A stretch of 64,000 nucleotides of DNA from Amoebophrya sp. A120 (taxonomy: Eukaryota > Protista > Dinoflagellata), in assembly GCA_905178155.1 (NCBI GenBank), contig CAJINV010000010.1, positions 1,757,182 to 1,821,181 of the forward strand. The letters are read 5' to 3'. A program made the translations under genes and the position numbers. The notes under the pieces are model-generated. The model saw only the letters and a program-made list of their open reading frames with translations, was not told the DNA's origin and searched no databases. Each line of letters opens with the position of its first letter. Position 1 is the stretch's first letter. Shown piece after piece: positions 46,430 through 58,800 of this stretch.

Positions 46430-47110
46430 TTACGCCATACCTTGTACATTCAATAGGTGGACTTGCACGTCGTCGAGGCCGGAGACATCACCTGCCGCGT
46501 CCCGCAGTTGGTTTTCTTGCCAGGCCATTGCTCGGGGCTGGCCCTGGCCCTGGCTCGGTCCGCTCGAGCTCGACGACCCCGACGGAGACGGTGGCGTCGC
46601 CGAGTCGTTGTCAGCACTGCCGCCGACATTCGTCCGCGCCGACGTCCTGGTCCTCATCCAGTTTGATGTCACCGCGTTCCTCATCCGCGCGAGCCTCCCC
46701 GTCGGCTGCTCCTCCTCCTGACTCGGATAGGGATTGCGATTGCTAGAAGTAGGACGCTCGGTATCCGCAGTGCCCAGCGCGACGTTGGTGAGCGGCATCA
46801 CTTGGGAGGAGGCGGAGCTCCCCCGAGACGGAAACCAGGGGCGCGGCTGCTCGCTCTCCTTGGCCGATTCCGTAGCTTTCGCTTCCTTCTCCTTCACCCC
46901 TTCCCCTTCCTGCAGTTTCTTCGACGCCGCCTCATTCGCCTCCGCTTCCTTCACCTCGTTTTTCCCGGTCTTCACCACCAACTCCTCCTCCAAGACGGAA
47001 GTCTGATGTTTGTGTTGAGTACTTCTCAATATGCAAGCAGGCCCTGCATCAGAAACGAAGGACGCGTCTACTAGATATTCATCACGACAAATCTTCTTGC
47101 ATTCGTCCAA
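46430..47110 (-). CDS. Uncharacterised protein (upstream exon(s) likely)
   Basis: 226-aa ORF with GC-rich codon bias, an E/K-rich segment and an S-rich tail. No introners. Confidence 0.55.
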   Translation of the reverse strand: MDECKKICRDEYLVDASFVSDAGPACILRSTQHKHQTSVLEEELVVKTGKNEVKEAEANEAASKKLQEGEGVKEKEAKATESAKESEQPRPWFPSRGSSASSQVMPLTNVALGTADTERPTSSNRNPYPSQEEEQPTGRLARMRNAVTSNWMRTRTSARTNVGGSADNDSATPPSPSGSSSSSGPSQGQGQPRAMAWQENQLRDAAGDVSGLDDVQVHLLNVQGMA

Positions 47111-48719
47111 GAGATTTGTAAGCCTTACACTTACTTAAATACCGATCCATCCGCATAGACCACATCGTTCACCGGAATGCCCGTGTCATCGTCCTCATCC
47201 ATGGGGGGGGGGGATGTTCTGCGTGCCGCGCAAATTTTCGTAGGCATTGACGCACCAACCTGATAGAAATTATTTCGATATTTTTTTCTTGTTTGGATTG
47301 GATTCCTGAGTGCAGAAGAATAGAATTACTTTTCAAAGAGTAAAAAATGTGCGTAGTCGGTGCATGTTTTCGAAAATCTATTGTCCTCGTCAACATTCCT
47401 AGCAGCTGTACTATCACCATGCACGACAAAGATGAACCATCATCAAAGAAAAACATAAAACATATTCATATACTGAAATGATCCTCTCCCGGGAAGGTGG
47501 GTGGCAACGCCAACAACTGCGCAGTGGTTGTCACACGCTTCCGGCAGCGCGCGTTCGGACCACGACGCCCCATGTTTGTGCTTTTGCGTGGATGGGTACT
47601 ACAACGCCGCTTATTTCTCACTGTCAATTACAACTCTTTCGGTTTCGCCTCTGATTTTTTCGAAAAAAAGAATGAACGTTTTTCAGCACCTGCACCAGTG
47701 GTGAAGAAAATCAATTCCTGCTGTAGTTCAGGTAATATGTTGCGTCACTACTGCAAAGAGGTCGCTCAACAGGAAGTTTAGATGATGCGTAGTTTTACAA
47801 GTTCGTGGCGACGGCGCAGGCACTTGTTGTACACGACTAACGTGCACCAAAATTGTTGGTTCAGATGACTACAATATTCAGAAAAATACAACAGTAAGCA
47901 CTTCTGACCACCTACTGAAGACCACGACTACCCCCAATGACTAGTGCAATTACGTTTTCCTACTGAAGACCACGACCCTCCCACTCTTTTTTTCGTCCGA
48001 TCGATGACGCAACAATCCCGAGCTGTCAAGAAGAACGCCGACTGTCGCATTAGAATTGATACTTATACCTCAATTCAGGTTTTCCATTGACTGTCTCTCA
48101 ACGACCATACCTGCTTGTGCTTACGACGAACAGAAACGAAAGCGAAAGCCGATTTATATCAAGCGGACAAAGGAAACAGCCGCACTTTTCGCTGGCGAGA
48201 GTAAGTAAATCGCGACATCATGTTGAAGAGTAGTTTGCATTTCATACACTTTTTGGTTCAATATTCGCATTTATTTTAGTACGAAACCATACAAGACGGG
48301 CCACGACCAGCAGCCACCTCCCCGTGGTTCTACTTGCATCATACAAGTTCCCTCTGATCAGGATGAAATACAAATAGGCATGCGGGATAAAAAGCTATCG
48401 TTATTTTATTTTCTTGTTTGTTACTTTATCTCTGCTAAGTGTAAGTTGTTCATCATGGACAGATTCTATTAGTTCATCACTTTGAGAAGCTGACTTATAA
48501 TAATCTTGCTGCTTGTTCGATTTCGTTCATCATCAAAGATGCGGTACTTCTAGGGAGAGCCTCGCATCCCAAAGAAATGGACATCACCAAACCTGAATCG
48601 TCCATCTTCTTGGAAAAAATTGAAATTATTCAAAATTTGATCATCTTGTGAGAACTTCATCTGTGGCCCTTCAGCAATTGTTTGGTCGTGGTCAACATAT
48701 TTCTATTTGCTCCTTCAGA

Positions 48720-49844
48720 AACTCTCCATCCTCGTTGTACAACAGACGTTACATGTATCCACAGAAAATTTCCCATCCCCATCCACGATCCGGTTTTTTT
48801 AATGAAAAAATCAATCAATTTTTCAAAAAAAAAATAAGGTGCGGAAGGTAACGGCTGGACTATGTGCATCATCATTCCGATAGCTAGCGACGTCTCCCGG
48901 AAGCAAATAGGTTTAGGTATTAAGTAGCTAGATCTTCCAAACACACATCAGATAAAGTCGGTCAGTGCCAGCGACGCCAGAGCCTGGGCCTACCCCTCGG
49001 AGAACCACGCTGGCCCCATCTCGTAATATGGGGGGGACTGCGTGAGTCTTTCCCGGCAGCCCTCTAGATCGGTCTTTGTAGGTAGTGGCCCAAGGGCTCG
49101 GCCTCCCAGCTGTGTTGCAACAGCGTAGAAGGGCAGGCTAAAAGCCGCCTGTTTGGTCGGCTGGTTCTAGATGCGGTCGGTTGAGATCAGAGCGCACAGT
49201 GCCAAGGCCAAGGCCCAGGAAGCCGGCCACAAATTCAGCCAATGCGGCTTATTTCTGTGAAGTCTAATACTCCTGCAGTGACCCCAAAGCAAAGGACCCG
49301 CTCAACCCCTCTAAGTTAGAGGGGATCTAAACCCCTGCCTTCGACGTGGTATCCCCAAAGCCCTGGCACCAGTACACCCAATCCTGGGGGCAGAGGCCAA
49401 AAACAAAAAAAAATTTTGGTTTGCGCAAAAATCATGGGCAGTAGGCCACATGATGTCGAGGATTGGTCGGTGGTGCGCATGCGCAACCTTTTTGGTGTAG
49501 GCGGCCATGTTTATGATCGTCGTGTTCTATTTTGCTACAGTTGAATGTTGACAAAACGACTTAGAGCAGTGGCGTGCTGCCAGGTGTCCACAGATGTGGA
49601 TCTGCCGGCTTTCGACATGGCCTATCACAAAAATAAATTTCGAGCTAATCATCGCAACTATGGCATTTGTTGCGAGCAATCCTGACAGGCTAAGAAGATG
49701 CATGTTAAAACTGTGGAAGATAATAACTCTGATGATGATCAAAAGGCATGACGGGGGTGGCAGAATCAAAAGTGCTACATCATAAGGGGGCGCAACAGGG
49801 GGCAGCATAACTCTCCATCCTCGTTGTACAACAGACGTTACATG
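48720..49844. repeat. 36-bp direct repeat flanking a ~1.05-kb segment that starts with an introner-like end
   Basis: AACTCTCCATCCTCGTTGTACAACAGACGTTACATG at 48720-48755 and 49809-49844; TATCCACAGAAAA follows at 48756. Confidence 0.75.
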
Positions 49845-49899
49845 CGCCAGCACATCGAAGCTGCAGCTCCCGCCCTCTCCCATCCAACCCAACAAACCG

Positions 49900-52800
49900 T
49901 CACAACACCCGTCTCGAGGCCGGAGCGTCCGGCGGTCCGTCTTTCCTGGAGTTCATCGACCGCTTCCCCATCGGCTTCGACCCAACCGCGCCGCCGGACT
50001 TCCCACTTTGGATCATGCCAGCTACTACGTGCTGTGCCGTGGGGGATCCGCTGCTCGTGCCCTGCCCAGCCGCCCGCAGCGCGCTGGTGGGTTATCCTGA
50101 GTAAAAACGTACCCACACCAGAGTCAGGATGGGGATTTTGCAACACAAGCCGAGGAGTTTTACGAGTCACGCATGACATAAACAGACTGTGCTACTGCGG
50201 GCGGGACATTGTGTATCAGGTGAATTGATCAACCCGAAGACGCCGCCCCCCCGGGCCCTATGGACCTGGCACTCCCCACTATACTCCTCACACAAAACGA
50301 GTCACGCATGACAAGTTCCAATCTGCAGTGTAGTGCAGGTTAGCAAGGCCAGCTGCATCACAGATTCATCTGCTCATCCTGTTCACAGCATCACAAATTC
50401 CAAAACACGACTGGAAATGGATCTCATGGGGATGCGCATTACAAGTCTTCCTGTCTTTGCAAATCTGCGTTACAACTCTGGTGTGGGGACGTTTTTACTC
50501 AGGATATGGGTGGGTTCGGCCTTACCGGAGAATTCGCGGACTTCAACACCGACATATGAAAGCCTCAGAATGGAAATTCTGAGAAGTGGAAATAATTTGC
50601 GATGCAAGAAATGCGACACCAAAGCAACTGCATTGCAGAGGGCGCAATGGAAGCCGACTATTGTGCTTCTACGGGTTCAGAATTGGGCTGCTGATCAGCA
50701 CGAGAGAAGGGCACCCCTTTGCCCTGACTAGCATGAAAGACATACTTTGAGTGCCCCGTAAATTTGTCATGCGCCGACTAGAAAGGGCGCTCCAACTGGA
50801 GTCGTTTTTTTGCATTACAAATCATTTCCACTTTGAGGATTTCCGTTCTGAGGCTGTCATACGACATCGCGGGCGCGTAGTGGGGTTCTTTCAGCGTCAC
50901 GCTGTGCACGTCCGCCGGGAGCCTCGCGGGGGAAGATGCGGCCGCCTGCTGCAAAGCTCGCTGCCGCGCGGCTTCGGGACCTTTACCAGCAGAGGGCGTG
51001 GGTTTATTCGCAACGCCAGCTGTTGCAGCAGCTCCCGACGAGGATGTTGGTCCCTTTGCGGGCGCTCCTGCTGTTGTTCCACCTCCAACAGTCAAACTGG
51101 CGCCGTCTCTGCTGCCGCCGGGCTGTCCCTTCTTTTTTCCTTGCTTCGAGGGGTCGGACGTCCGGGCGGTGGTGGTTGTGGCACCACCTGCTGTAGTACT
51201 CGCGACGGTGCTGCCATCCCCCGCGGAGATCGGCACGACAGTGGGCTTCCTCCCCGGCGCTGGCTCCGTGGTCAGCGGAGTGGTGGGCGCACCGACAGTT
51301 GAGGTTGCAGTTGTCGCGGAAGATGTTGGCAGTCCTTTCCTTATCCACAAAAAAAATAAGAATAACCCATCCACAACCATTTTTTGAATGATAGGCGCTG
51401 GATTTTATGCATGTTTTCCATGACAAATTGGATTTGGATGGGGATAGACATAGATTTTTTTCTGTGGATATTCCTGGCGTTCATGCTATTCTTCAAACTC
51501 CCCTTCTTTCCGGGAGTAGACGACGAAGTTGTAATTTGCAGCGCCTCTGCAGTGTTGTGAACTTGATACCGCGGGTGACTGTTTGCAAGCGGGGAAAGCT
51601 GCTGCGGTGGCTGCGTGGCTTTTTCCTCCTGGGCGGTTACCACCGCAGCGGATTTGTCTAGCTGGTCCATCAACCCTTTCACTTCCATCGTCGCTTGCTG
51701 TGCCTTCTCCTTCGCTTCTCGAGAGGCGGCGATGTTTGGCGACTTCGTACTATCACACCAAAAAGCGTTAACGGCAAAGGAATTTGGCATGCGGGAGCGC
51801 AGGAGAAATGATCCCCAGCAGCCCCAAATTTGTATTGCATAACATGCATGATACGCGAAAATGTGTCATGCAGGAATGCAATACCCTAAAACCGACAACG
51901 TTACCACTTTTTCCTGTGATACGTTCCCAGAGCGGCGGAGTTCCCAAACCCGATCTGCGAATCGTGATGCTGGTATGCATTGCAAATGTGTCTGGTGTTC
52001 TGTACGAAAGGCAAAGGCTGGACTCACTCCTATTGCGTGTCTTGCACCTCCACTTCTGAAAAATCTGCATTGGCGCAAAAGCGTCACACTGACTTTAGTC
52101 ATGCAAAGTTGCATTTTGTAAATGCGCACTGCGCATCAGACGAGAAAGAAACTACCGTCATTTGAAAAATTTGTCATGCTTCGGCGCGCTCAAAAGGAAA
52201 GGCACACTCAATCATGACCATTCGGCATCATTTTTTTTTAGGTTTCCTCCAGACCCGCACATCACCTATTTGTACTTGATAGCTGGGTAGAGGGACCAGC
52301 TTTGTCATCCTCGTCACCTGCGGTCGTGACACCCGCCTCCTATCAAATGTAAAAATGTCTGGGTCTGGAAGAGGAGAAGTTTGTCATGCACATTTTCCAT
52401 GATCCATGATGTCTCTGTTGTTGTATGCAATAACATCACAGATTTTTATTTGAGCGCTTATGCTTATCGATGCGCGTCCTGCATGACAAATGCCTTCTCC
52501 GCGTAGCCAAATTTGACTCCTCTTGCTGCTCGTGCAATACAGACTTTTTGAGCATCCAGATGCAGCATCACAAGTTTGGCTCTTCCAGACCCAGACACTT
52601 TTGCAATCCATACCTCGTCCCCTGCTTCTACGACAATCTGTCGGCCTCCTTTCGACAACGCTTGTCCTCTGCTGATCATACCGCCAGCTGCAGCACCAAA
52701 CGGCTTTGGACTTTGAGACTTCTTCGCGCCAGAAGATGCAACGTCTCCTGTACCTGTGCGGTCTTGACTTCGCCCCGCCGTCGTTAAGATCCCTTCTTGT

Positions 52801-55800
52801 CCCGCCAACGTTTGTCTTACCCGCTTTAGCACTTCAATCGCTTCGGCCGGCGGGGGTTTGTTCGGGTTCTCCTCCGTATCAAAGGCAAATGTGTCTGGGC
52901 ATCTGGAAACTTGTGATGCGGAGTTGTGCTTGAGCTCGTGGCGATGCGGATGCTGCTCGCTTTTGCATGACAAAAGAAGAAGAAGAAGGCTCTTTTGTGT
53001 TGGTCATGCTATACAGATTTTCCAGAAATCCAAGACACAGCACAACACAGGTTCCACTCTTGTTGTTCTTCCAGACCCAGACATATTTGCATTTATGCAT
53101 TGCAAAAGTATCGTACTCGTATAAATGCATGACAAATTTCCTCAGCATGAGAAAGAAAATTTGTAATGCGGATTTACCTTGACAGCAAGATTTGTAATGC
53201 ATGAATGCGATTAGTACGAGTACGATACTTTTGCACAGCATAGCATTTCACACTCCGCCATCTTTTTCAACAGCTGCATGTCTTCCAGAAACTATGCAAG
53301 AAAAAAACTGTGTAAGTGTAACTCTGTAATGCAGAATATGCAACAGAGTTACACCTGTCATGCCAGACAGCCATGAAGTCCTCTTTTCATGTGTGTTTTC
53401 CCTTACAAACCGCGCATGAGAGATTTTCTCTGTCATGTAGAGCAAATTTGTGATGCTGGCAACCAAAGAAAGTTACACTAACACTGTTTTTTTCTTGGAT
53501 AGAAACCGGGACTCCTCTATGGCTGTGCACAACTACTCTTCCTCGTCCCCCTCATTTGTATATGCGAAATACCGTCGAATGATCCACATCGATCTTGCCT
53601 TGCAGCTGCAGGCGCTCTGCGCATGACAAATTTTGGACGCAGCTCCAACAGGACTACAATCGGCGTCCGGATAACTACATCTGTGGCATTGCTTCTGTTG
53701 CTGTTCATGCCCTTCAAATGAGGAAGAGGGGGAGTAGTTGTGCACTCTCATATCTTCTTGTGTTCTCTCTGGCAACGGCGACGTGGCAAAGTTTTGCACG
53801 GTGGACACAAGTAAGGCGTCCAGTATCAACTGCAAAAATGTCTGGGTCCGGAACAAGGTTGCAACTTGTAATGCTAGCTCTCCATACCACGGAAATCTGT
53901 ATTGCATAGCCAACAAAAGTCGCAGCCTCTTTTCTTTGTACATGCAAAAACGCGGTTTCTCATGCGAATTTCCTATGAGAAAGTGTTCTGAAAAGCTGTC
54001 ATGCTGTGTAGTTGCATTCGGAACTGTTTCCATCATCCACATTTTAGCATCACAAGTTTCCAGACCCAGACATTTTTGCAATGCATATCCAGGTCCTCTA
54101 GACTGTTGCCGACCGGTTGTAGTTTTTTTCCAAAAATGTTGTTGCTTGCTGAAGAAGTGCTGGTGGCGTTGTCGATGTTATTTGTTGTATTTTTTCCAGT
54201 GGTGCCTATATCTTCACTACTATCAAACACCATCCCCTGCTGTTTCACTTGTCGCTTCAACTGTTGAAACTCCTCGTATATGAACTGCAAAAGTATCGTA
54301 CTCGTATAAATGCATTACAAATTTCCTCAGCATGAGAAATAAAATTTGCAATGCAGATTTACCTTGGAAACAAGATTTGTAAAGCAAGCCTTGCATTAGC
54401 ATTTGTACGAGTACGATACTTTTGCACAGGATATCGTACAGTGTGGAAATTTCCTTACTGGACACGGACGCCAGCTCCTGTTGATCCTTTGGATTCATTA
54501 TCAAATGCAAAAGTGTCTGGGTCTGGAAGATTCCGGGATTTGTGATGCATATTTTGTATGATCCATGACGCATGTAATGCATGATCTAGCATCACAGATT
54601 TCTAGAGGGCTTCCTGATGCCTATTCCGCATGAGAATGAAATGCCCTCTCGTCCGCGTAACACAAACTGGACTCCTGTTGCTGGTCACGCAATACAGATT
54701 TTTTTGGAATCCAAAGACAGCATGACAAGTTGCAATCTTGCAGACCCAGACATTTTTGTAATCCATATTCATCTCATTCGAAGCCTTCGAGTTGTTTGAC
54801 TGTTTGCTCAAGCTTTCCGACAGGCGCTTCATTCTCTCCAGATGCTCTTCAAACGTCGTCGCTGACTGTCCGGGTTTCTTCGCACTTATGACAGTGCACA
54901 ACTCGTCCCCCTCCCCCGCATTTGTATCTTTGCATGGACAGCAATACAAACAGTCACATCTGTGGAGCCTGTGCATGGCAAGTTCTTCATGCGCCTATTA
55001 AAATAGTACTTGTACTGTTTGGAGGGCATGAAGATCCGGATGAATCTGTCATGTAAACAGTTTGAAATTATTGATATTTTGCATTACAAATGAGGAGGAG
55101 GGGATGAACTTGTGCACTCTCATAGCGCTCGCTGGGAGCACACTGCCATCGGGCTGCGCGAAGAAGTTGCCCTCTCGTGCGTGCGAGCGATGGTGCATCT
55201 CGTCTTCATCTGACGATCCGAGGACGCGGTTTTGCGTCGCGGCTGGTGCTGGTGCATCTGCGTAGTTTGGACCCTTGTCTTCACTAGGCGCTCCTTCTGG
55301 TTGTTCCTTATGCAGTGCTTTTTGTCCACCTTCACTATTCGGCGTCGCCACCACTTCCACTGGTTCTGGTAGCAGTTCTTGTTGGAAACGTTGAGGCACT
55401 GGTGGTGGCCCGCCTGTTGTAGTGCTGATGATTGTGCGAGCGTTTGAAATGATGTTTTGAAGACTCTGATGTTCTTCTTGTTGCGGCTCCTGCTGTGGCT
55501 CCTTACTTCTACTAGTGATTGATGACAATGCTGCTGCAGTAGCAGTTCCTCCAACAAGTTTCGGTCCAAATTGAAGCTTGTATTGCTGCTGCTGCTGCTG
55601 CTGGTGGGCCACCGCGCCACCTCCAACCGTCTTCGAGGTCGACAAATTTGTACTTCCCAGCAGAGTGGTGGAGAACATCGGCTTGTACCCTCGTTGTTCC
55701 CTAGTTGTATTTGTTCCGGACGTCGATGCAGCTGTAGGAACCGAAACCCCGATTGCACCGCCCCCGCCCGTCACATTCTCAGCGCTCAGCTTCTTTGCTC

Positions 55801-58800
55801 CTATTGTCGTAGAAGGTCCCTGTGGAAAGTCCAGCCTCGGCACTGACAGGGCCGGCTGCAGGACCGACCGCAAATGGTCACTGGCTTGGTAATTTGGAAC
55901 CGCCGCGGCGGGAGCGAGGGCAGGCTGCTTATTGGTAGAGGTCCGCATCATCTCGCAAGCTTTCGCGGCAGCAGTCTTCCCGTCGGAAATTTGCGCCGCA
56001 GATGGGGCGACGCCGAGTTTTGCCTGTGCGACGAGAGGTGGTGCTTTCTGAGATTGCTGCTGATCCTATCAATGAGAAAAGTGCTAGCGTTGCTTAGGGG
56101 TCGTTTCGACAGATTGCAGGCAGACGTGACTACAGATTCTCACTCTTCCTCAACTTTCATCTTCTACCGTGCATCATGCTAATATGCAGTAGAGATCTCA
56201 CAGTATTTTTTTTACTTGTTACGCACGTTCTTGCTCTTGCATCACAAAAAGCTCCTTGAACGTCAAGAACTTTTCTCTGTCATAGATCCGGCACTGATGT
56301 TCCTGCCGCACTTCGGCTACTGACCGACGACACTGCGGGAGGAGCGGAGGTTTTGGACAGCGATTGGTTCCCGCCGAGTCCGCCCGTGTTGAGCGGGAAT
56401 TGTGGCTGGACGATGGAGAGACTGGTGGAGCGAGGTCTTGCGTTCATGTTCAAAGCCGGGCGTGGCGACCTGAAGGAGGTGGAGCAAACAGAAAAATTAG
56501 AGCGAAAGTATAAAAATAAAATTCTTATACTTAATGTAATATTCCTACAGCGACAATACATGCCACAAGACAAAGAACAGTACGCCCCAAGAACACCACC
56601 ATCAATAGAATACCCACAAGAAAGGCCAATATATCTTCTATACCGGCCCCGCACTGGTGGCCCAGCAGTAGAACCCGCTCCCAAGAACGTTGCAGGTTGC
56701 ACAAGCGTATCCTGTGCAAAAGTATCGTACGAGTATAAGTTGTTACAAGTTAAATTTGTAATGCGGATTTGCCTTAATAAAGAGATTTGTAATGCATAAA
56801 CGCAATTAGTACGAGTACGTTACTTTTGCAATGCATAAAGCGGCCTGGTCGACAGTCTGGCGGAGTTCGGAACAACGCGGGTTGACGCGGTTAGAAGAAA
56901 ATTTTATGAATTGCAGAAGTATCGCACTCGTAAAAATGCATGACAAATTCCCTCAGCATGAGAAATAAAATTTGTAATGCGGATTTACGTTGAGGAAAAA
57001 ACTTGTAATGCATCATTGCAATTACTACGAGTACGATACTTCTGCACAGGATAAATTTGAAGAAGAGACACCTCCCGCTCCTCGACGTCCTCCGCGTGCG
57101 GAGTTTATCACTTTATTCGAAGTCCTTGTAGCAGCACCAGCAGCAGCAGCAGCGGCCCCAAGTAGAACACCACCGCCGTAGTTGCCTGTCTCCATATCGT
57201 CCGAGGCACTTCTGGTTGCGCTCCTGCTTTTATCGAAGTGAAAAAAGCCCCCACCCCATATCGGAAACGGAAGACGCGCGAATTTGTGATGCTGTATCTG
57301 AGTACACAAATCGACTTGTATTGCTAGAAGTCCAAGACGAGACGAAGCTGCGGCCTAAATTGCAGGTAATCTGTCATGCTGTTTCCCGCTTCCAGTTGCC
57401 TCCTGTCATCCTGGAGCTGCAAGGCTTTCCCACGCTACGCAGCACTACAGTCCGCCTCTTTTGCCTTCTAGCTGATTTGTGACCACAAATCTGCATCACA
57501 GATTTCCGTTTTGATATGGGGAGGGGGCATTTTTCATTGTAATAGCTTTGGTTGTTAGACGTTGTCCCCCCTTGCTGTTCCAGCCCTCCTTCGTCGTTGA
57601 TGTTTTCTAGGCCGCTTTTATGAGAGTGCACAACTCCCCCTGCCCCTCGTTTGTATGGCATGAACAGCAATACAAGCAACGCCTGGAATGTGACTTCCGC
57701 ATGACAATACATGCGGCATGTCGTATTCTAGTACTGCAGGAGGTGAAGGTTCCAAAATTTGTCATGCAAACTGTACTTACAGGCAAGATATGGGTTCTTT
57801 GGTATTTTGCATTAGAAATTATGGGGAGAGGGAGTTGTGTACTCTCATAGCTTTGCATGGCCTCTTCCTCTTCCGAGCTGGTCAAGGAGTTCTGCAGCAG
57901 TTCCAACGCCAGCTCCCGGCCGGACTCGATGTGTTCCACCAGCGTCTTATGCAATGCAAATTTATTCCCGTACCTGCACGAAATGCATGACAAATTGATG
58001 CACCAACTTTCTTAGAGTGTGTCCGCACTTGTCATGGTGAATGGGATTGCTGAAGGCAAATGATTTTGTCATGCGGAAACCTCATTTGTACGACCTCCTG
58101 TAGGGGAAAAAATTCACCATGGATACGTCGGCAGCATCTTTTTTATCTGGTCCTGCTCCGATTCGCTCAGGGTGCACATATCCACTGCAAAAGTAGTTTG
58201 TAGTCTGGGTGGTCCTCTGGTGGATTGCTAGAAATTGAATGATCATGATGAGGAACATACGGCATCAACTTCAACACGCAGCGAAGCATGACAAATTTTC
58301 GGAGAGCTGTTTTGTGTTGCGCATTCTGCATCTAAAGCTGTCGTGTCGTCTTTGCTTTCACGACGAACCTCCGCAAGGCCTTTTCGAGGACGCTGTCGCG
58401 CATCACAAAGTCGTCCCGAGTCATGGCAAGAAGTCTGGCATCAATGAAGATCTTCGAGAGGAGGAGGAGGAGGCCGCTGCAGACCACGTACTATATTTGC
58501 AACGCATACGCCAACTCCACGTGTAAAATTTCTTGCACCCCGTCTGCCCCCAGCAAAACCGGCATCGCGGAAAACCTCGCTCCGGGAAGGCACGTGTTCT
58601 CGATGAAGCAGCACTCGCGGATCGTTTTGGTAGACATCTTCAAAGGAGCTGCTCCTGCTGATGCTCCTGTTGCTCCTCCTGCAACAGGAGGCAAAAGTTG
58701 TGGGCTCTTGTTTCTCCAGGGAGAAGTAGACTGATACGGGACCATGCTGCTTTGGAGGGGTAGGACAGCGTTCTTGTTCCTGTTTGACGCGGGAGATGAA

